Assembly: GCA_030765485.1 (NCBI GenBank) | Contig: JAVCCR010000017.1 | Coordinates: 10,298-74,297, forward strand | Length of the DNA stretch: 64,000 nt | Direction: 5' to 3' | DNA from: Candidatus Gygaella obscura | GTDB lineage: Bacteria; Omnitrophota; Gorgyraeia; Gygaellales; Gygaellaceae | Shown: piece by piece, positions 27,113 through 37,485 of the stretch | How positions within the stretch are numbered: position 1 is the first letter of the stretch | How the letters are laid out: the number at the start of each line of letters is the position of its first letter | The notes under the pieces: model-generated | The model's database searches: none | Told to the model about the DNA's origin: nothing | The model's input: only the letters and a program-made list of their open reading frames with translations | Made by a program: the position numbers and the translations under genes

Positions 27113-29917
27113 CTATTTCAAAAACTCTTTTAAGTATTTGGCGGTATAAGAAGCAGATGACTTTACGATTTCATCAATAGGTCCCATAAAAATAACACTG
27201 CCTCCTTTATCACCACCTTCTGGACCTAAATCAATTATGTAATCACAGGACTTGATAACATCTAAATTATGCTCTATTACCACCAAAGAATTACCTTTAT
27301 CAACCAAACGCTGCAATACATCCAACAGTTTGTTGATATCTTCAAAATGTAATCCCGTTGTCGGCTCATCTAAAACATAAAACGTCTTACCGGTTGATTT
27401 TTTACAAAGTTCCGAAGCCAGCTTTACTCTTTGCGCCTCTCCTCCGGATAAAGTCGTAGCAAACTGACCAATCTTTATATAACCTAATCCAACATCATAG
27501 AGAGAAAGCAAAATATGTTTTATCTTTGGTATGCTATCAAACAAACTCAAAGCATCAGATACAGGCATCTCTAAAACATCAGATATAGAAAAGCCCTTAT
27601 ATTTAATCTCTAGTGTGGACTCATTAAAACGTTTACCTGAACAGATCTCACAAGGAACATATACGGTTGGTAAAAAATGCATCTCTATTTTCTTTAATCC
27701 GTCCCCCTGGCAGGCTTCGCATCTTCCGCCTTTTACATTAAAGCTAAATCTACCCGGCTTAAAACCCCTGATTTTAGAATCAGGCAATCGAGAAAATAAT
27801 TCCCGGATATAAGTAAAAACACCTGTATATGTTGCAGGATTAGAACGTGGAGTTCTCCCAATAGGAGACTGATCAACCATTACTACCTTATCAATTAAAT
27901 CAGTTCCTTTAATCTCGGAATGTAAACCTGGTTTTTCTTTTGAATTATACAGCCTCTGTGATAACACTCTGTATAAAATATCTTCAACAAGAGTAGATTT
28001 ACCTGAACCAGAGACACCGGTAACGCATATAAATACCCCCAAAGGAAACTTAACATTGATATTTTTTAAATTATGTTCTCTTGCACCTTTAATAATTAAT
28101 TCTTTGCCGGATTCCGCAATCCTTCTTTCGCACGGTATTTTTATTTTAAATTCCTTTCTTAAATACTTAGCTGTCGAAGAATTTGCTTTAGCTAAAAAAT
28201 CATTAAATGATCCGTTAAACAATACACTACCGCCATATTCACCTGCGCCAGGACCTAAATCCACCACCCAATCACTAGCACGAATAGTAGTTTCATCATG
28301 CTCAACAATCAAAAGAGTATTACCCATACTTTTTAATCTATTAAGGCTTTTAATAAGTTTATCATTATCCCTTCTATGTAAACCAATACTAGGCTCATCC
28401 AAAACATAAATAACCCCGCTTAAACCTGAACCAATCTGAGTTGCTAGTTTTATCCTTTGCGCTTCACCTCCAGAAAGTGTTTGGCTTTTCCTGTCTAAAC
28501 CTATATAACCAATACCTACATCCATACAGAATCTTAACTTTTCCAAAATCTCTTTTAGAATATTGCCTGCTATAATTTTCTCGTTTTTAGATAACTTCAA
28601 ATTGAAAAAGAACTCATATGCCTGTGCAATAGACATTTGTGTAACCTGAAAAATATTTTTATTCTCTATCAAAACAAACAGGCTTTCTTTTCTAAGCCTT
28701 GAGCCGTTACAAACCGGACATTTTGATTTTGACATAAAATGAGTTATTTCCTGCTTTAAATAATCGCTTTTGGTTTGGTTAAACAGCCTTTCCAGATGCG
28801 GAATTATCCCCTCAAATGGCTTACCCCAAATATAAATATCGCTTCCGGAGATAATTTCTTTTTGAATGCGTTTAGGAAGTTTCTTAAAAGGAACGTCTAA
28901 ATCAAAATCAGCCACCCTTGAAAACTCTCTTAAAAGTGAGCGATAATACATTAAGTATCCGCGCGGTCCCTTTTTCCATGGTAAAATCGCTCCTTCAATG
29001 ATTGATTTGTCTTTATCCGGAATTATTAAATCAATATCAAATTCCTGTTTTGTGCCTAAGCCATTACATGCAGGACATGCCCCATAAGGAGAATTGAAAG
29101 AAAAAATTCGTGGCTCGATTTCTGGATAGCTTATTCCACAAACAGGACAAGCATAAAGTTCACTAAAAACTATTTCTTTAGAACTTCTGGTTTTATTACC
29201 TAAACCATAATTGACTAAGATATTGCCCTTGCCCGCCTTTAATGCTACCTCTACAGAATCATTCAATCTCTTTTTATTCTCACTGTTAACCTTTAAACGA
29301 TCGATAATAATATCGATATTATGAAGCTTGTGCTTATGTAGTTTAATTTCATCATTAATATCATAAATCTTGTTATCAATTCTTAACTTGGTAAATCCGG
29401 ATTTTCTAATCTGACTTATTAATTCTTTGTTTTCACCCTTTTTTCCAGATATTACAGGGGCATAAATTATAATACTTTGCTTATCTGTTGTTTTAATGAT
29501 CTGACTAACAATTTCTTGAGAGCTTTGACCTTTAATTAACCTTGAACATTTATAACAATAAGCCTTACCTATTTTGGCAAATAAAAGCCTTTGATAATCA
29601 TAAATCTCAGTTTGAGTGGCGGTTGTCGAACGAGGATTGCCACCGGAACTTCTTTGTTCTATAGCAATGCAAGGAGACAAACCTTCAATATGTTCTACAT
29701 CGGGTTTTTGTAATTGATGCAAGAACTGCCTTGCATAACTAGATAGACTTTCAATATATCGTCTTTGACCTTCAGCATATATAGTATCAAAAGCAAGACT
29801 GGATTTGCCAGAACCTGACAAACCTGACACAACAACAAGCTTTCCTTTGGGAATATCTAAACTAATATTCTTAAGATTGTGCTCCTTCGCACCCCTAATG
29901 ACAATAAAATCATTCAT
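27113..29917 (-). CDS. uvrA: Excinuclease ABC subunit A
   Basis: 934 aa. Two ABC ATPase modules (GLSGSGKSSLAF; GVSGSGKSTLV), zinc-finger CxxC pairs and LSGGEAQR signatures. Confidence 0.95.
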   Translation of the reverse strand: MNDFIVIRGAKEHNLKNISLDIPKGKLVVVSGLSGSGKSSLAFDTIYAEGQRRYIESLSSYARQFLHQLQKPDVEHIEGLSPCIAIEQRSSGGNPRSTTATQTEIYDYQRLLFAKIGKAYCYKCSRLIKGQSSQEIVSQIIKTTDKQSIIIYAPVISGKKGENKELISQIRKSGFTKLRIDNKIYDINDEIKLHKHKLHNIDIIIDRLKVNSENKKRLNDSVEVALKAGKGNILVNYGLGNKTRSSKEIVFSELYACPVCGISYPEIEPRIFSFNSPYGACPACNGLGTKQEFDIDLIIPDKDKSIIEGAILPWKKGPRGYLMYYRSLLREFSRVADFDLDVPFKKLPKRIQKEIISGSDIYIWGKPFEGIIPHLERLFNQTKSDYLKQEITHFMSKSKCPVCNGSRLRKESLFVLIENKNIFQVTQMSIAQAYEFFFNLKLSKNEKIIAGNILKEILEKLRFCMDVGIGYIGLDRKSQTLSGGEAQRIKLATQIGSGLSGVIYVLDEPSIGLHRRDNDKLIKSLNRLKSMGNTLLIVEHDETTIRASDWVVDLGPGAGEYGGSVLFNGSFNDFLAKANSSTAKYLRKEFKIKIPCERRIAESGKELIIKGAREHNLKNINVKFPLGVFICVTGVSGSGKSTLVEDILYRVLSQRLYNSKEKPGLHSEIKGTDLIDKVVMVDQSPIGRTPRSNPATYTGVFTYIRELFSRLPDSKIRGFKPGRFSFNVKGGRCEACQGDGLKKIEMHFLPTVYVPCEICSGKRFNESTLEIKYKGFSISDVLEMPVSDALSLFDSIPKIKHILLSLYDVGLGYIKIGQFATTLSGGEAQRVKLASELCKKSTGKTFYVLDEPTTGLHFEDINKLLDVLQRLVDKGNSLVVIEHNLDVIKSCDYIIDLGPEGGDKGGSVIFMGPIDEIVKSSASYTAKYLKEFLK

Positions 29918-29922
29918 TTTAA

Positions 29923-31101
29923 TTATTCTTTTCTTATCCTGCTCTTAAAAGGCGTGAATAAACAATACTTAATAATCTTAAAACCAATATTTATTAAACT
30001 TGGGAAGTGAAACAATAAATTTGCATAACTTTGATTAGCAAGCGGACAATAACAATTCTTTTTCTTGATGTCATTTAAAATAGATTTTGACTTTTTGGTA
30101 TTTAAAATCTTTTTAAAATCATAATCATAATCTCTTAAATTGCCGAAACTTTTTTTATAGCCTAAGACACAACAAGGCCATAATTGCCCATCAAAATTCA
30201 AATGAATACTAGAAATACCTGCGTAGCAAGGAATCACTTGTCTTTTTTCCTTAAGTATCCTTATAGCTAAATCGTAATATACTAATCTAAAAGCTTCACT
30301 CATACGAGTAAATCTATTTTTAAAACAAATATTTTTTTCAATTTTGCAGGAGAACTTTGCCACCAATTTTTGGTACTCTTCAGCGGTAGGGGTAATATAA
30401 TCACCTATATTAAAAAACTCTGATCTATTCTCTGCTATCTCATTACGATAACTTTCAATAGATAAAGAATGCACAAAATCCTCAATTTTGTCCAACTCGC
30501 CAATATTAAAAACTGAAATTACGGTCCCCAGCTCTAAATGAAAATTATCAAATTCTTCGGAAAACCCCTTTAATAATTTTATTGTTTCTAGCAACTTATC
30601 GAAATTACCTTTAACTCCTCTAATCTCATCATGTTTTGAGCCAATGCCATCAATAGAAGGCTTAACAGTCAAAACTATATCCAATCCGTTATCTTTTATT
30701 ATTTTCAGAATAGCTTTTGTTTTATCATGTATTAACTGCGGCAACAACGCATTGGTAGGAATATGAATAATCTTTGGTCTTAGATACTTACAGGCCAAAT
30801 CAACAATCTCTACAATATCTTCGCGTAAATAAGGCTCACCACCAGTAATATTAAAAAAATAAACTCTTCCAATCCGTTTAAAAATTTTCTCTATCTCAAT
30901 TAGGCTTAACTGGTCCTTAACCTTAGCTGGATTTCTTTTATATTCAAAACCAATTCTGCATGTTTTACAATTAGACTGGCATGCGCAGGTTATACCAAAA
31001 CTAAAAACTAAAGGTTTATTACTTCTAAAAATTCCTAAAAAAGAAATCCTACACAAAATAATCCTATAAAAAATAAACAAAACGGTATCTTTTATTTTCA
31101 T
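29923..31101 (-). CDS. Radical SAM protein with C-terminal SPASM/twitch-like Cys cluster
   Basis: 392 aa. CACQSNCKTC radical SAM cluster, GGEPYL SAM-binding motif and C-terminal CYAG...WPCC...CYCP cysteines. Hydrophobic N-terminal 25 aa. Confidence 0.7.
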   Translation of the reverse strand: MKIKDTVLFIFYRIILCRISFLGIFRSNKPLVFSFGITCACQSNCKTCRIGFEYKRNPAKVKDQLSLIEIEKIFKRIGRVYFFNITGGEPYLREDIVEIVDLACKYLRPKIIHIPTNALLPQLIHDKTKAILKIIKDNGLDIVLTVKPSIDGIGSKHDEIRGVKGNFDKLLETIKLLKGFSEEFDNFHLELGTVISVFNIGELDKIEDFVHSLSIESYRNEIAENRSEFFNIGDYITPTAEEYQKLVAKFSCKIEKNICFKNRFTRMSEAFRLVYYDLAIRILKEKRQVIPCYAGISSIHLNFDGQLWPCCVLGYKKSFGNLRDYDYDFKKILNTKKSKSILNDIKKKNCYCPLANQSYANLLFHFPSLINIGFKIIKYCLFTPFKSRIRKE

Positions 31102-31122
31102 TTTATTCCTATTTAAATTCTG

Positions 31123-32088
31123 TTACTTCTTGTTATGATTTAACCAGTTTAATAAAGAATAACAAAACGCTAATAACAACAAAGAAGCTATATTTAAAAT
31201 ACGTACTAAGCCAGCTACCAATAAACCTTGAACGACACTAAAACCAAAAAATTTAGAAGATAAAACTATAACTCCCTCCTGCAGGCCTAAAGATGAAGGC
31301 GTAATTTTTAAAAGCATACCAAAGGCAGTCATAGATGCAATAAAAGTGGCAGCTCGTAAACTAACTTCATAACCATATGAAAGAAAAGAAAAATAAACAA
31401 TCAAAGCAAGTATCATTATTCTCAACAAAGTTAGCACCGATAGTTTTAAAAAAACTTTTTCTTTATTTTTAATAGCTTTCCATCCATCAATACAATTATA
31501 AATAAATGTTAAAAAAGCATTGTTGGCTTTTTTTATACCAATCTTCAAATCAGAAATAACTATATAAAAGCAAACTAATAAAATTAAAACTAAAATAATT
31601 AAAATGGGAATATTATAAATCCCGTCATTTAAATAAATTAATAATAATGAAAATAAACCAATAAATGAATTAATAGTCAAATAAACAAAATATGTTGCCA
31701 TCAAGAAACTTAAATAGTAAGCATACGATAAATTATGAAGTTTTTTAAAATAAAAACCTCTGCCACTGAAACCACCAAAAGGCAAAAAATAATCACCTAG
31801 ACTAGTAAATATCGTAATACCAAAACATTCCCTAAGTTTAAGTTTTTTTTCAAAAGAACGCATCAACAATTGAATAAACCAGCTACGAACAACAACACCC
31901 AAAACAAAAAACAAAAATATAATTAAAATATTTTTCCAACTAATTCTTTTTAAAACGATAAATTCCTGATAGTTATTTCTTATATAGAAAATAAGAGCTC
32001 CTAGCATACATATTAATAACAATATTGAGATGCTTCTTTTGTTTATTATTTTCTTCATTTCTTTATAATTAACAACCCCATCAATCAA
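31123..32088 (-). CDS. Flippase-like polytopic membrane protein (LPG-synthase-TM/UPF0104-like)
   Basis: 321 aa, about 8 TM helices, located in the glycan cluster. Confidence 0.45.
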   Translation of the reverse strand: MIDGVVNYKEMKKIINKRSISILLLICMLGALIFYIRNNYQEFIVLKRISWKNILIIFLFFVLGVVVRSWFIQLLMRSFEKKLKLRECFGITIFTSLGDYFLPFGGFSGRGFYFKKLHNLSYAYYLSFLMATYFVYLTINSFIGLFSLLLIYLNDGIYNIPILIILVLILLVCFYIVISDLKIGIKKANNAFLTFIYNCIDGWKAIKNKEKVFLKLSVLTLLRIMILALIVYFSFLSYGYEVSLRAATFIASMTAFGMLLKITPSSLGLQEGVIVLSSKFFGFSVVQGLLVAGLVRILNIASLLLLAFCYSLLNWLNHNKK

Positions 32089-33304
32089 ACAATTTTTTTA
32101 TATCTTTAGCTATTTGCGATGACAATTCGTGTTGTTGTTCTATTTTTTTACTTAAAGACGCTATAAAATCGGTATCATTATATTTATCTTTTGCTATTTC
32201 AAAAATAATCTGTAGACTTTTATTCGTTACTTCATCGACACTAATAACATAATCAGACAAACCTAAAGTATACATTAAATCATAAGTTTTCTTACCGTAG
32301 GCAATACCAATCATAGGCTTGAGAAATTCTGCAAATAATACCAAAGAATGAAACCTCATGCCTAAAACAAAATCCATTTCTTTTAAAACTGCTTTTATTT
32401 CAGAAGGTGAAAGTTCCTCCCCTATAACCTCACAAACATTTTTATTAACCATTAATTCTACAGTATCTTTAGCTGCCAACCTATCATCATTAGGATTCTT
32501 TATTGACATGTTTACAAAAAATATTTTTGCATTATGCTTCTCAACTAAATAATCAGCAAAAGCAGCATATTCTTCAATCATCTGTTTATATTTACCCTCT
32601 CCACCGTTAACCCATTCTTTTTCCTTCAAACTACTTATATGTCTCAAATGCCATCTTCTAATAACAAAAGCAACATTAAATGTTTTTGACTTACTTTTTA
32701 AATTATTTAATTTATCTATTTTCTTACATTCAACATCATAGCTTAAAAGAAATACTGGATCAGCAGCTAATTTTAATATTGAATCTTTTACTTTAAACGA
32801 TTTTAAAATGTTTAACGAAAATATTCCTCTAACAGTAACTAAATTCATCCTATTTAATATAAGCCTAATCATAATTTTGTTAAAACCCGAAGATATAGAA
32901 CCAACACCTATCCCATACATTATATTTTTTTTGAAAAGTAACTGCGAAAATAATATTTTTAACATCCAAAAAAGAATAAAAAAAGGATGGGTTTTGTCCT
33001 GTAAAACAGTACCTCCTCCTTGAACAAACAAATTACATTTTATATAAACCAATAAGGTTTGAGTGATCCATCTAAGAGAATCTAATCCTTTTAATCCTGG
33101 TTGAAACAATCCGAATCTTCCAGAATAAACAAATTCTCCAAAATTATACCTAGATTTTGAATATTCAGGATCATCAGAAAAAAAACAAAAGCTCGCATTT
33201 GGGAATTGCTTGGCCAACTGATGGTAAATAACAACCATAAGGGCTTCATCTCCAGCATTACCGTTTCCATAACCACCTGAAATAAGAATATTATTCACTT
33301 CCAT
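32081..33304 (-). CDS. Polysaccharide pyruvyl transferase family protein (CsaB-like)
   Basis: 407 aa. The N-terminal ISGGYGNGNAGDEALM motif is characteristic of PS_pyruv_trans. Confidence 0.7.
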   Translation of the reverse strand: MEVNNILISGGYGNGNAGDEALMVVIYHQLAKQFPNASFCFFSDDPEYSKSRYNFGEFVYSGRFGLFQPGLKGLDSLRWITQTLLVYIKCNLFVQGGGTVLQDKTHPFFILFWMLKILFSQLLFKKNIMYGIGVGSISSGFNKIMIRLILNRMNLVTVRGIFSLNILKSFKVKDSILKLAADPVFLLSYDVECKKIDKLNNLKSKSKTFNVAFVIRRWHLRHISSLKEKEWVNGGEGKYKQMIEEYAAFADYLVEKHNAKIFFVNMSIKNPNDDRLAAKDTVELMVNKNVCEVIGEELSPSEIKAVLKEMDFVLGMRFHSLVLFAEFLKPMIGIAYGKKTYDLMYTLGLSDYVISVDEVTNKSLQIIFEIAKDKYNDTDFIASLSKKIEQQHELSSQIAKDIKKLFD

Positions 33305-33308
33305 TAAG

Positions 33309-34094
33309 TTATTTTTCTCCTACGACATAAAAAAGATGTGCATAAAGAAATTTCATAACTAACGGTAACGGAAGACATTCGATAAAATAAACACAATCAA
33401 ACCATTTAGGAAAACGATTATTTTTGACATATTCAACATATGGCACTTCCCATACGATCTCGGAAGAAACCTTATTCATCCTATGTAATCTTATATCACG
33501 GAATCCAACCGAATCTGGCCAAACAGGACAATCAACTAATCCTATTTGAACATTTTTTAAACCGTTTTTCTCCATAAACTTCTTCATAAAATAAGGACTA
33601 TTAAATCTTATGTCTCCATGCGTCCAAGGAATCTTAGTGCGAAAATGGGCGAATCGATGTAAATAAAAACCGATATTTTTGTTATTGACAGAACAAAAAG
33701 CAACATAACGCTTAGAAATTCTTTTCATCTCTTCAAGCAACTTATTTCTTTTATTAAATTCAGCGATAAAACCAAGGCTCCACACAAAATCAAAGGTATT
33801 ATCTTCGAATCCAGTACATAAAATATCATCTACGAATGAAAAATCAACATTTTCACTTATGTTTAGCTTTTTGTAATATTGTTCGGAGTTCTTGTCGCCA
33901 TTTACAAGCATGACTTTCGCCCCAGCAAGAGCAAAATCAAGGGAATATAAAGATGGTGCTGCCTTTGCTCCATGTGCTGGAATTTCACAAACAGAATTAA
34001 TCTTAAGTTGTTCCTTCAGTAGTTTTAATTTCCTACCCAAGGCAAATCTTTCATAATTTACACCGAAAACTTCTTTTTCCTTACGAATGTTCAA
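33309..34094 (-). CDS. Putative class I SAM-dependent methyltransferase (divergent)
   Basis: 261 aa. Spacing of CEIPAHGAKAAPSLYSLDFALAGAKVMLVNGD and TGFEDNTFDFVWS resembles methyltransferase motifs I and post-II, but motif I is degenerate. Confidence 0.4.
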   Translation of the reverse strand: MNIRKEKEVFGVNYERFALGRKLKLLKEQLKINSVCEIPAHGAKAAPSLYSLDFALAGAKVMLVNGDKNSEQYYKKLNISENVDFSFVDDILCTGFEDNTFDFVWSLGFIAEFNKRNKLLEEMKRISKRYVAFCSVNNKNIGFYLHRFAHFRTKIPWTHGDIRFNSPYFMKKFMEKNGLKNVQIGLVDCPVWPDSVGFRDIRLHRMNKVSSEIVWEVPYVEYVKNNRFPKWFDCVYFIECLPLPLVMKFLYAHLFYVVGEK

Positions 34095-35089
34095 ATCAAA
34101 CCTTCTTTCTTATACCACGATAATGTTTTTAATAATCCTTCTTTTAAAGAAACCTTTGGATGAAATTTAAAAATATGATTAGACTTATCAAAATTTATGA
34201 ATCTATCAAATGTAATGGATGAAATGTTTCTATAAGTAACTATTGGATTCTTTCCAACCGACAAAAATGTTTTTTCTTCAATAAAAGCAAGTAACCTTGC
34301 TAGAAAAATCGGTAAATATATCCTAATTAACTTTTTCTTGAAAAAAGTCTGCATAATATTGGCCACTTCATTTTGTGTATTTGATTTATCAGGACCCACT
34401 AAATACAATTCTTTTAAAGATGCTTTATCGATTGCCAAAATAACTAAATCAATTAAATCATCTATATACATCGCTGGAAAAAAATTATTACCGTTACCAA
34501 ACTTTGGATAAAATCTACTTTTAGCCACCCTGGCCATTGTTAAAAAATCACCGGTAAATCCTGGACCATATATCATGCAAGGTCTAAGAATCACTAGCGG
34601 CAAACCATTATTCATATAAGAAAAAACCAATAAATCAGCTTCGTATTTAGACACCTGGTAGCAAGTAAAGGGATTGCATGAAGTTTCTTCACTTAATAAA
34701 TGATTTCTTAATATACCGTAAGTAGCAGTACTACTAAAATGAAATATTTTTTTTATGTCATCAATATTATTCAAACACTGCTTAAGAATATTTCGAGTAC
34801 CTTCAACATTAACCCTTCGAAATCTTTCCAAAGATTCCTTTGAAGGCAGATCATGACCCTTTATTGAAGCTAAATGAAAAACATAATCAATCCCATCAGT
34901 AATTCCATTTAGGCTTTCCGGATCAACAATATCACCTACAATAAATTCTATATTATCAAAACCATAAAATATAGACTTCGCCTTATCTAGATCCCTTACT
35001 AAACACCTGCAGTCAAACCCTAGACCATGCAATCTTTTCACTAGATAAGTTCCAATAAAACCTGTCGCTCCTGTAATTAATGCTTTCAT
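34091..35089 (-). CDS. NAD-dependent epimerase/dehydratase (extended SDR)
   Basis: 332 aa with MKALITGATGFIGTYLVKRL Rossmann motif and a YQVSK catalytic motif. Confidence 0.85.
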   Translation of the reverse strand: MKALITGATGFIGTYLVKRLHGLGFDCRCLVRDLDKAKSIFYGFDNIEFIVGDIVDPESLNGITDGIDYVFHLASIKGHDLPSKESLERFRRVNVEGTRNILKQCLNNIDDIKKIFHFSSTATYGILRNHLLSEETSCNPFTCYQVSKYEADLLVFSYMNNGLPLVILRPCMIYGPGFTGDFLTMARVAKSRFYPKFGNGNNFFPAMYIDDLIDLVILAIDKASLKELYLVGPDKSNTQNEVANIMQTFFKKKLIRIYLPIFLARLLAFIEEKTFLSVGKNPIVTYRNISSITFDRFINFDKSNHIFKFHPKVSLKEGLLKTLSWYKKEGLI

Positions 35090-35099
35090 GATTAATTTT

Positions 35100-36245
35100 C
35101 TAAGAATTTAACTTTTCTATTGCTGATATTGTCTCATCAGCAAATCTATTCCAAGAATAATATTGCGATAATTCCTTTGAATCTTTGGCTAATTTGACAT
35201 TTAAAGCTTCATCCTGTAAAACTTCTTTAATCTTACTAGCTAAATCAACTGCATTCAAACGCTCTATAACGGCTCTTTCGTCTTTAACTAAATCGGTTAA
35301 TCCTCCCACCCTGGTTACTAATAAGGCTTTGTGAAACGCTAAAGCAATATTTCCTACTCCGCTCTGGGCATCAAAATGACGGTATGGAAGAACAACCAAA
35401 TCACAGGCAGTAAAAAAATATTTCACTTCTCGCATAGGAATATACTTAAGATATGTTTTGACTAACCCTTCTAATTGATTATCTTTAATAAAGTTATCGT
35501 AATCTTTCCAATCTATCCATTTCTCTCCAGCTATCACAAATAAAAAATTTCCCATCATTTGTTTTAATAAACTTGCTGCTTCAAGAAACTCTTTAACTCC
35601 TTTATAATCTCTAATATTTCCAAACAATAAAACCATTTTAATATTTTTATCAATATTAAGCCTTGCACGAGATTCCTGTTTTGAAATATTCTCAGAATCC
35701 AAATATAAATCATGTATGCCCATAGAAACTATATGTATCTTGCTTTTACTAATATTAAAACTATCTACCAGCTGTTTTTTATTAATTTCTGTGTGGACAA
35801 AATACCTATTACTAAAAAAACAAACAATCTTAAAAACAAACCGATAACCAAATGATTTCTCATGTGGAAATACATTATGAACAGTCAAAAAAACAACTTT
35901 CTTCCTTAAGCGCAGAATTACTATAACAAAAATCCAAATAAAACCAACCGGAAGACTCCACCATTGTAAAATAATAACTTTAGAACTTGCCAAAAAGGCA
36001 GATCTTATCCAACTTAATGGATTATAATAAGTTACTAATCTCTTAATCTTTAATTGATCTGTAGGGCTAACGCTGAATTCATGACTATTTTCCGACACTC
36101 CACCAGGATACAATTTCTCCGGATAAAGCTTTTTAAATGAAATAAACTCAACAAAAACTTTTTCAGAAAGCGCCTTGGCTGCCAACCAACAATAATAGGC
36201 ATTGCCTTTTAAAGGTGGCAATGTACCAAAAATGGTAATTTTCAC
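35100..36245 (-). CDS. Glycosyltransferase family 4 (GT-B)
   Basis: 381 aa. The C-terminal region has the GT4 EX7E-type fold context (LVVLPYRHFDAQSGVGNIALAF). Confidence 0.7.
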   Translation of the reverse strand: MKITIFGTLPPLKGNAYYCWLAAKALSEKVFVEFISFKKLYPEKLYPGGVSENSHEFSVSPTDQLKIKRLVTYYNPLSWIRSAFLASSKVIILQWWSLPVGFIWIFVIVILRLRKKVVFLTVHNVFPHEKSFGYRFVFKIVCFFSNRYFVHTEINKKQLVDSFNISKSKIHIVSMGIHDLYLDSENISKQESRARLNIDKNIKMVLLFGNIRDYKGVKEFLEAASLLKQMMGNFLFVIAGEKWIDWKDYDNFIKDNQLEGLVKTYLKYIPMREVKYFFTACDLVVLPYRHFDAQSGVGNIALAFHKALLVTRVGGLTDLVKDERAVIERLNAVDLASKIKEVLQDEALNVKLAKDSKELSQYYSWNRFADETISAIEKLNS

Positions 36246-36262
36246 AAAATCCTCGGTTTTTT

Positions 36263-37390
36263 TTAGGAATCAATCAGTTTCTTAACGGCAACAATAACAT
36301 CTTCAGAAGAAATAAGATCCATGCAATCGGGAATCAAGGAACAGCTCTTTTTATAACAACATAAGCAATCCAATTCAGGAGCATAAAGCTTTATGCCTTT
36401 ATTGTATAAATCTATCTCACTAGAAGAAGTTGGCCCAAATAAACAAATAATTTTCTTACCTAAGGCACAAGCAATATGTAAAGCCAATGTATCTGCTGTA
36501 ATCAAAAGATCAATTTTATTAATCAAAGCGGCGAATTGCCCTAGCGATCTGTCGCATCCCGCATCGACCAAATAATTATTGGCCTGAGACATAATGAGTT
36601 TGTTACGATCTATTTCATCTGGTCCTCCGAATAAAATAATATTGGAATCAAAATTATCTCTCAACAGATAAGATAATTTTATGGTACTCTCTACAGACCA
36701 TTTTTTTTTATCCCACATTTTTCCGGCCCCAGTATTCAAACCGAATACAAAACCTTGAGTAATCTTATTTTTCTTAAAAAAGTCCTCAGCGAATTTTAAA
36801 TCTGAATCGTTAAGTTTTATTACTGGTTTTTGACCTTTAAACTTTAAACCAGACATTTCATAAATAATTTCCTGATAGGTTTTATCGTTTTTCTTTTTTA
36901 AATCATCATCTACAGCCATCATTAAATAGTATTCTGCCATTTTATTTAAGGGTATTATTCTTGAGTTTTTATCTAAAATAAACCCATATTTATTGCGCGC
37001 GCATGTAACGGCGGATAACAAACAAGAAGTCTTATCGTTACTGGGGTTTATTACAATATCAAACTTTTCAACTAATAAATTAGCTAATGCTAAATCTTCA
37101 ATACATAATAAACTATCAATATAAGGATTATCAATCAATAAAGGCAAAGATATCTTTCTTGTCAACCAGCTAATATGAGCATGTGGATATTTATCTTTTA
37201 AACCAGGCAATATACAAGTAGTTCTTAAAACATCACCAATAGAATCTAGCTTTATAATAAGAATTCTTTCTTTAACCGGCGTAAATTTATCGCAATTAAT
37301 ACATTTATTTTTATTACTTTTATGATAAATGCAAGGTTGACTTCCCTTAAAAAAACGACAATCAAAATGTATTTTCTTAATTTTTTCCAT
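36263..37390 (-). CDS. Glycosyltransferase family 9 (heptosyltransferase-like) with Cys4 N-terminal extension
   Basis: 375 aa. ILIIKLDSIGDVLRTTCILPGLK and ITADTLALHIACALGKKIICLFGPT are GT9 signatures. The N-terminal 40 aa carry Cx8Cx9CxxC. Confidence 0.75.
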   Translation of the reverse strand: MEKIKKIHFDCRFFKGSQPCIYHKSNKNKCINCDKFTPVKERILIIKLDSIGDVLRTTCILPGLKDKYPHAHISWLTRKISLPLLIDNPYIDSLLCIEDLALANLLVEKFDIVINPSNDKTSCLLSAVTCARNKYGFILDKNSRIIPLNKMAEYYLMMAVDDDLKKKNDKTYQEIIYEMSGLKFKGQKPVIKLNDSDLKFAEDFFKKNKITQGFVFGLNTGAGKMWDKKKWSVESTIKLSYLLRDNFDSNIILFGGPDEIDRNKLIMSQANNYLVDAGCDRSLGQFAALINKIDLLITADTLALHIACALGKKIICLFGPTSSSEIDLYNKGIKLYAPELDCLCCYKKSCSLIPDCMDLISSEDVIVAVKKLIDS

Positions 37391-37485
37391 TACAAAAATT
37401 TACTTTCAATTATTAAACGCTAAATATCTATAAAAATATTTACAAACATGGCTATTTTTTACATAAATATAAAGCAATATTGTCA

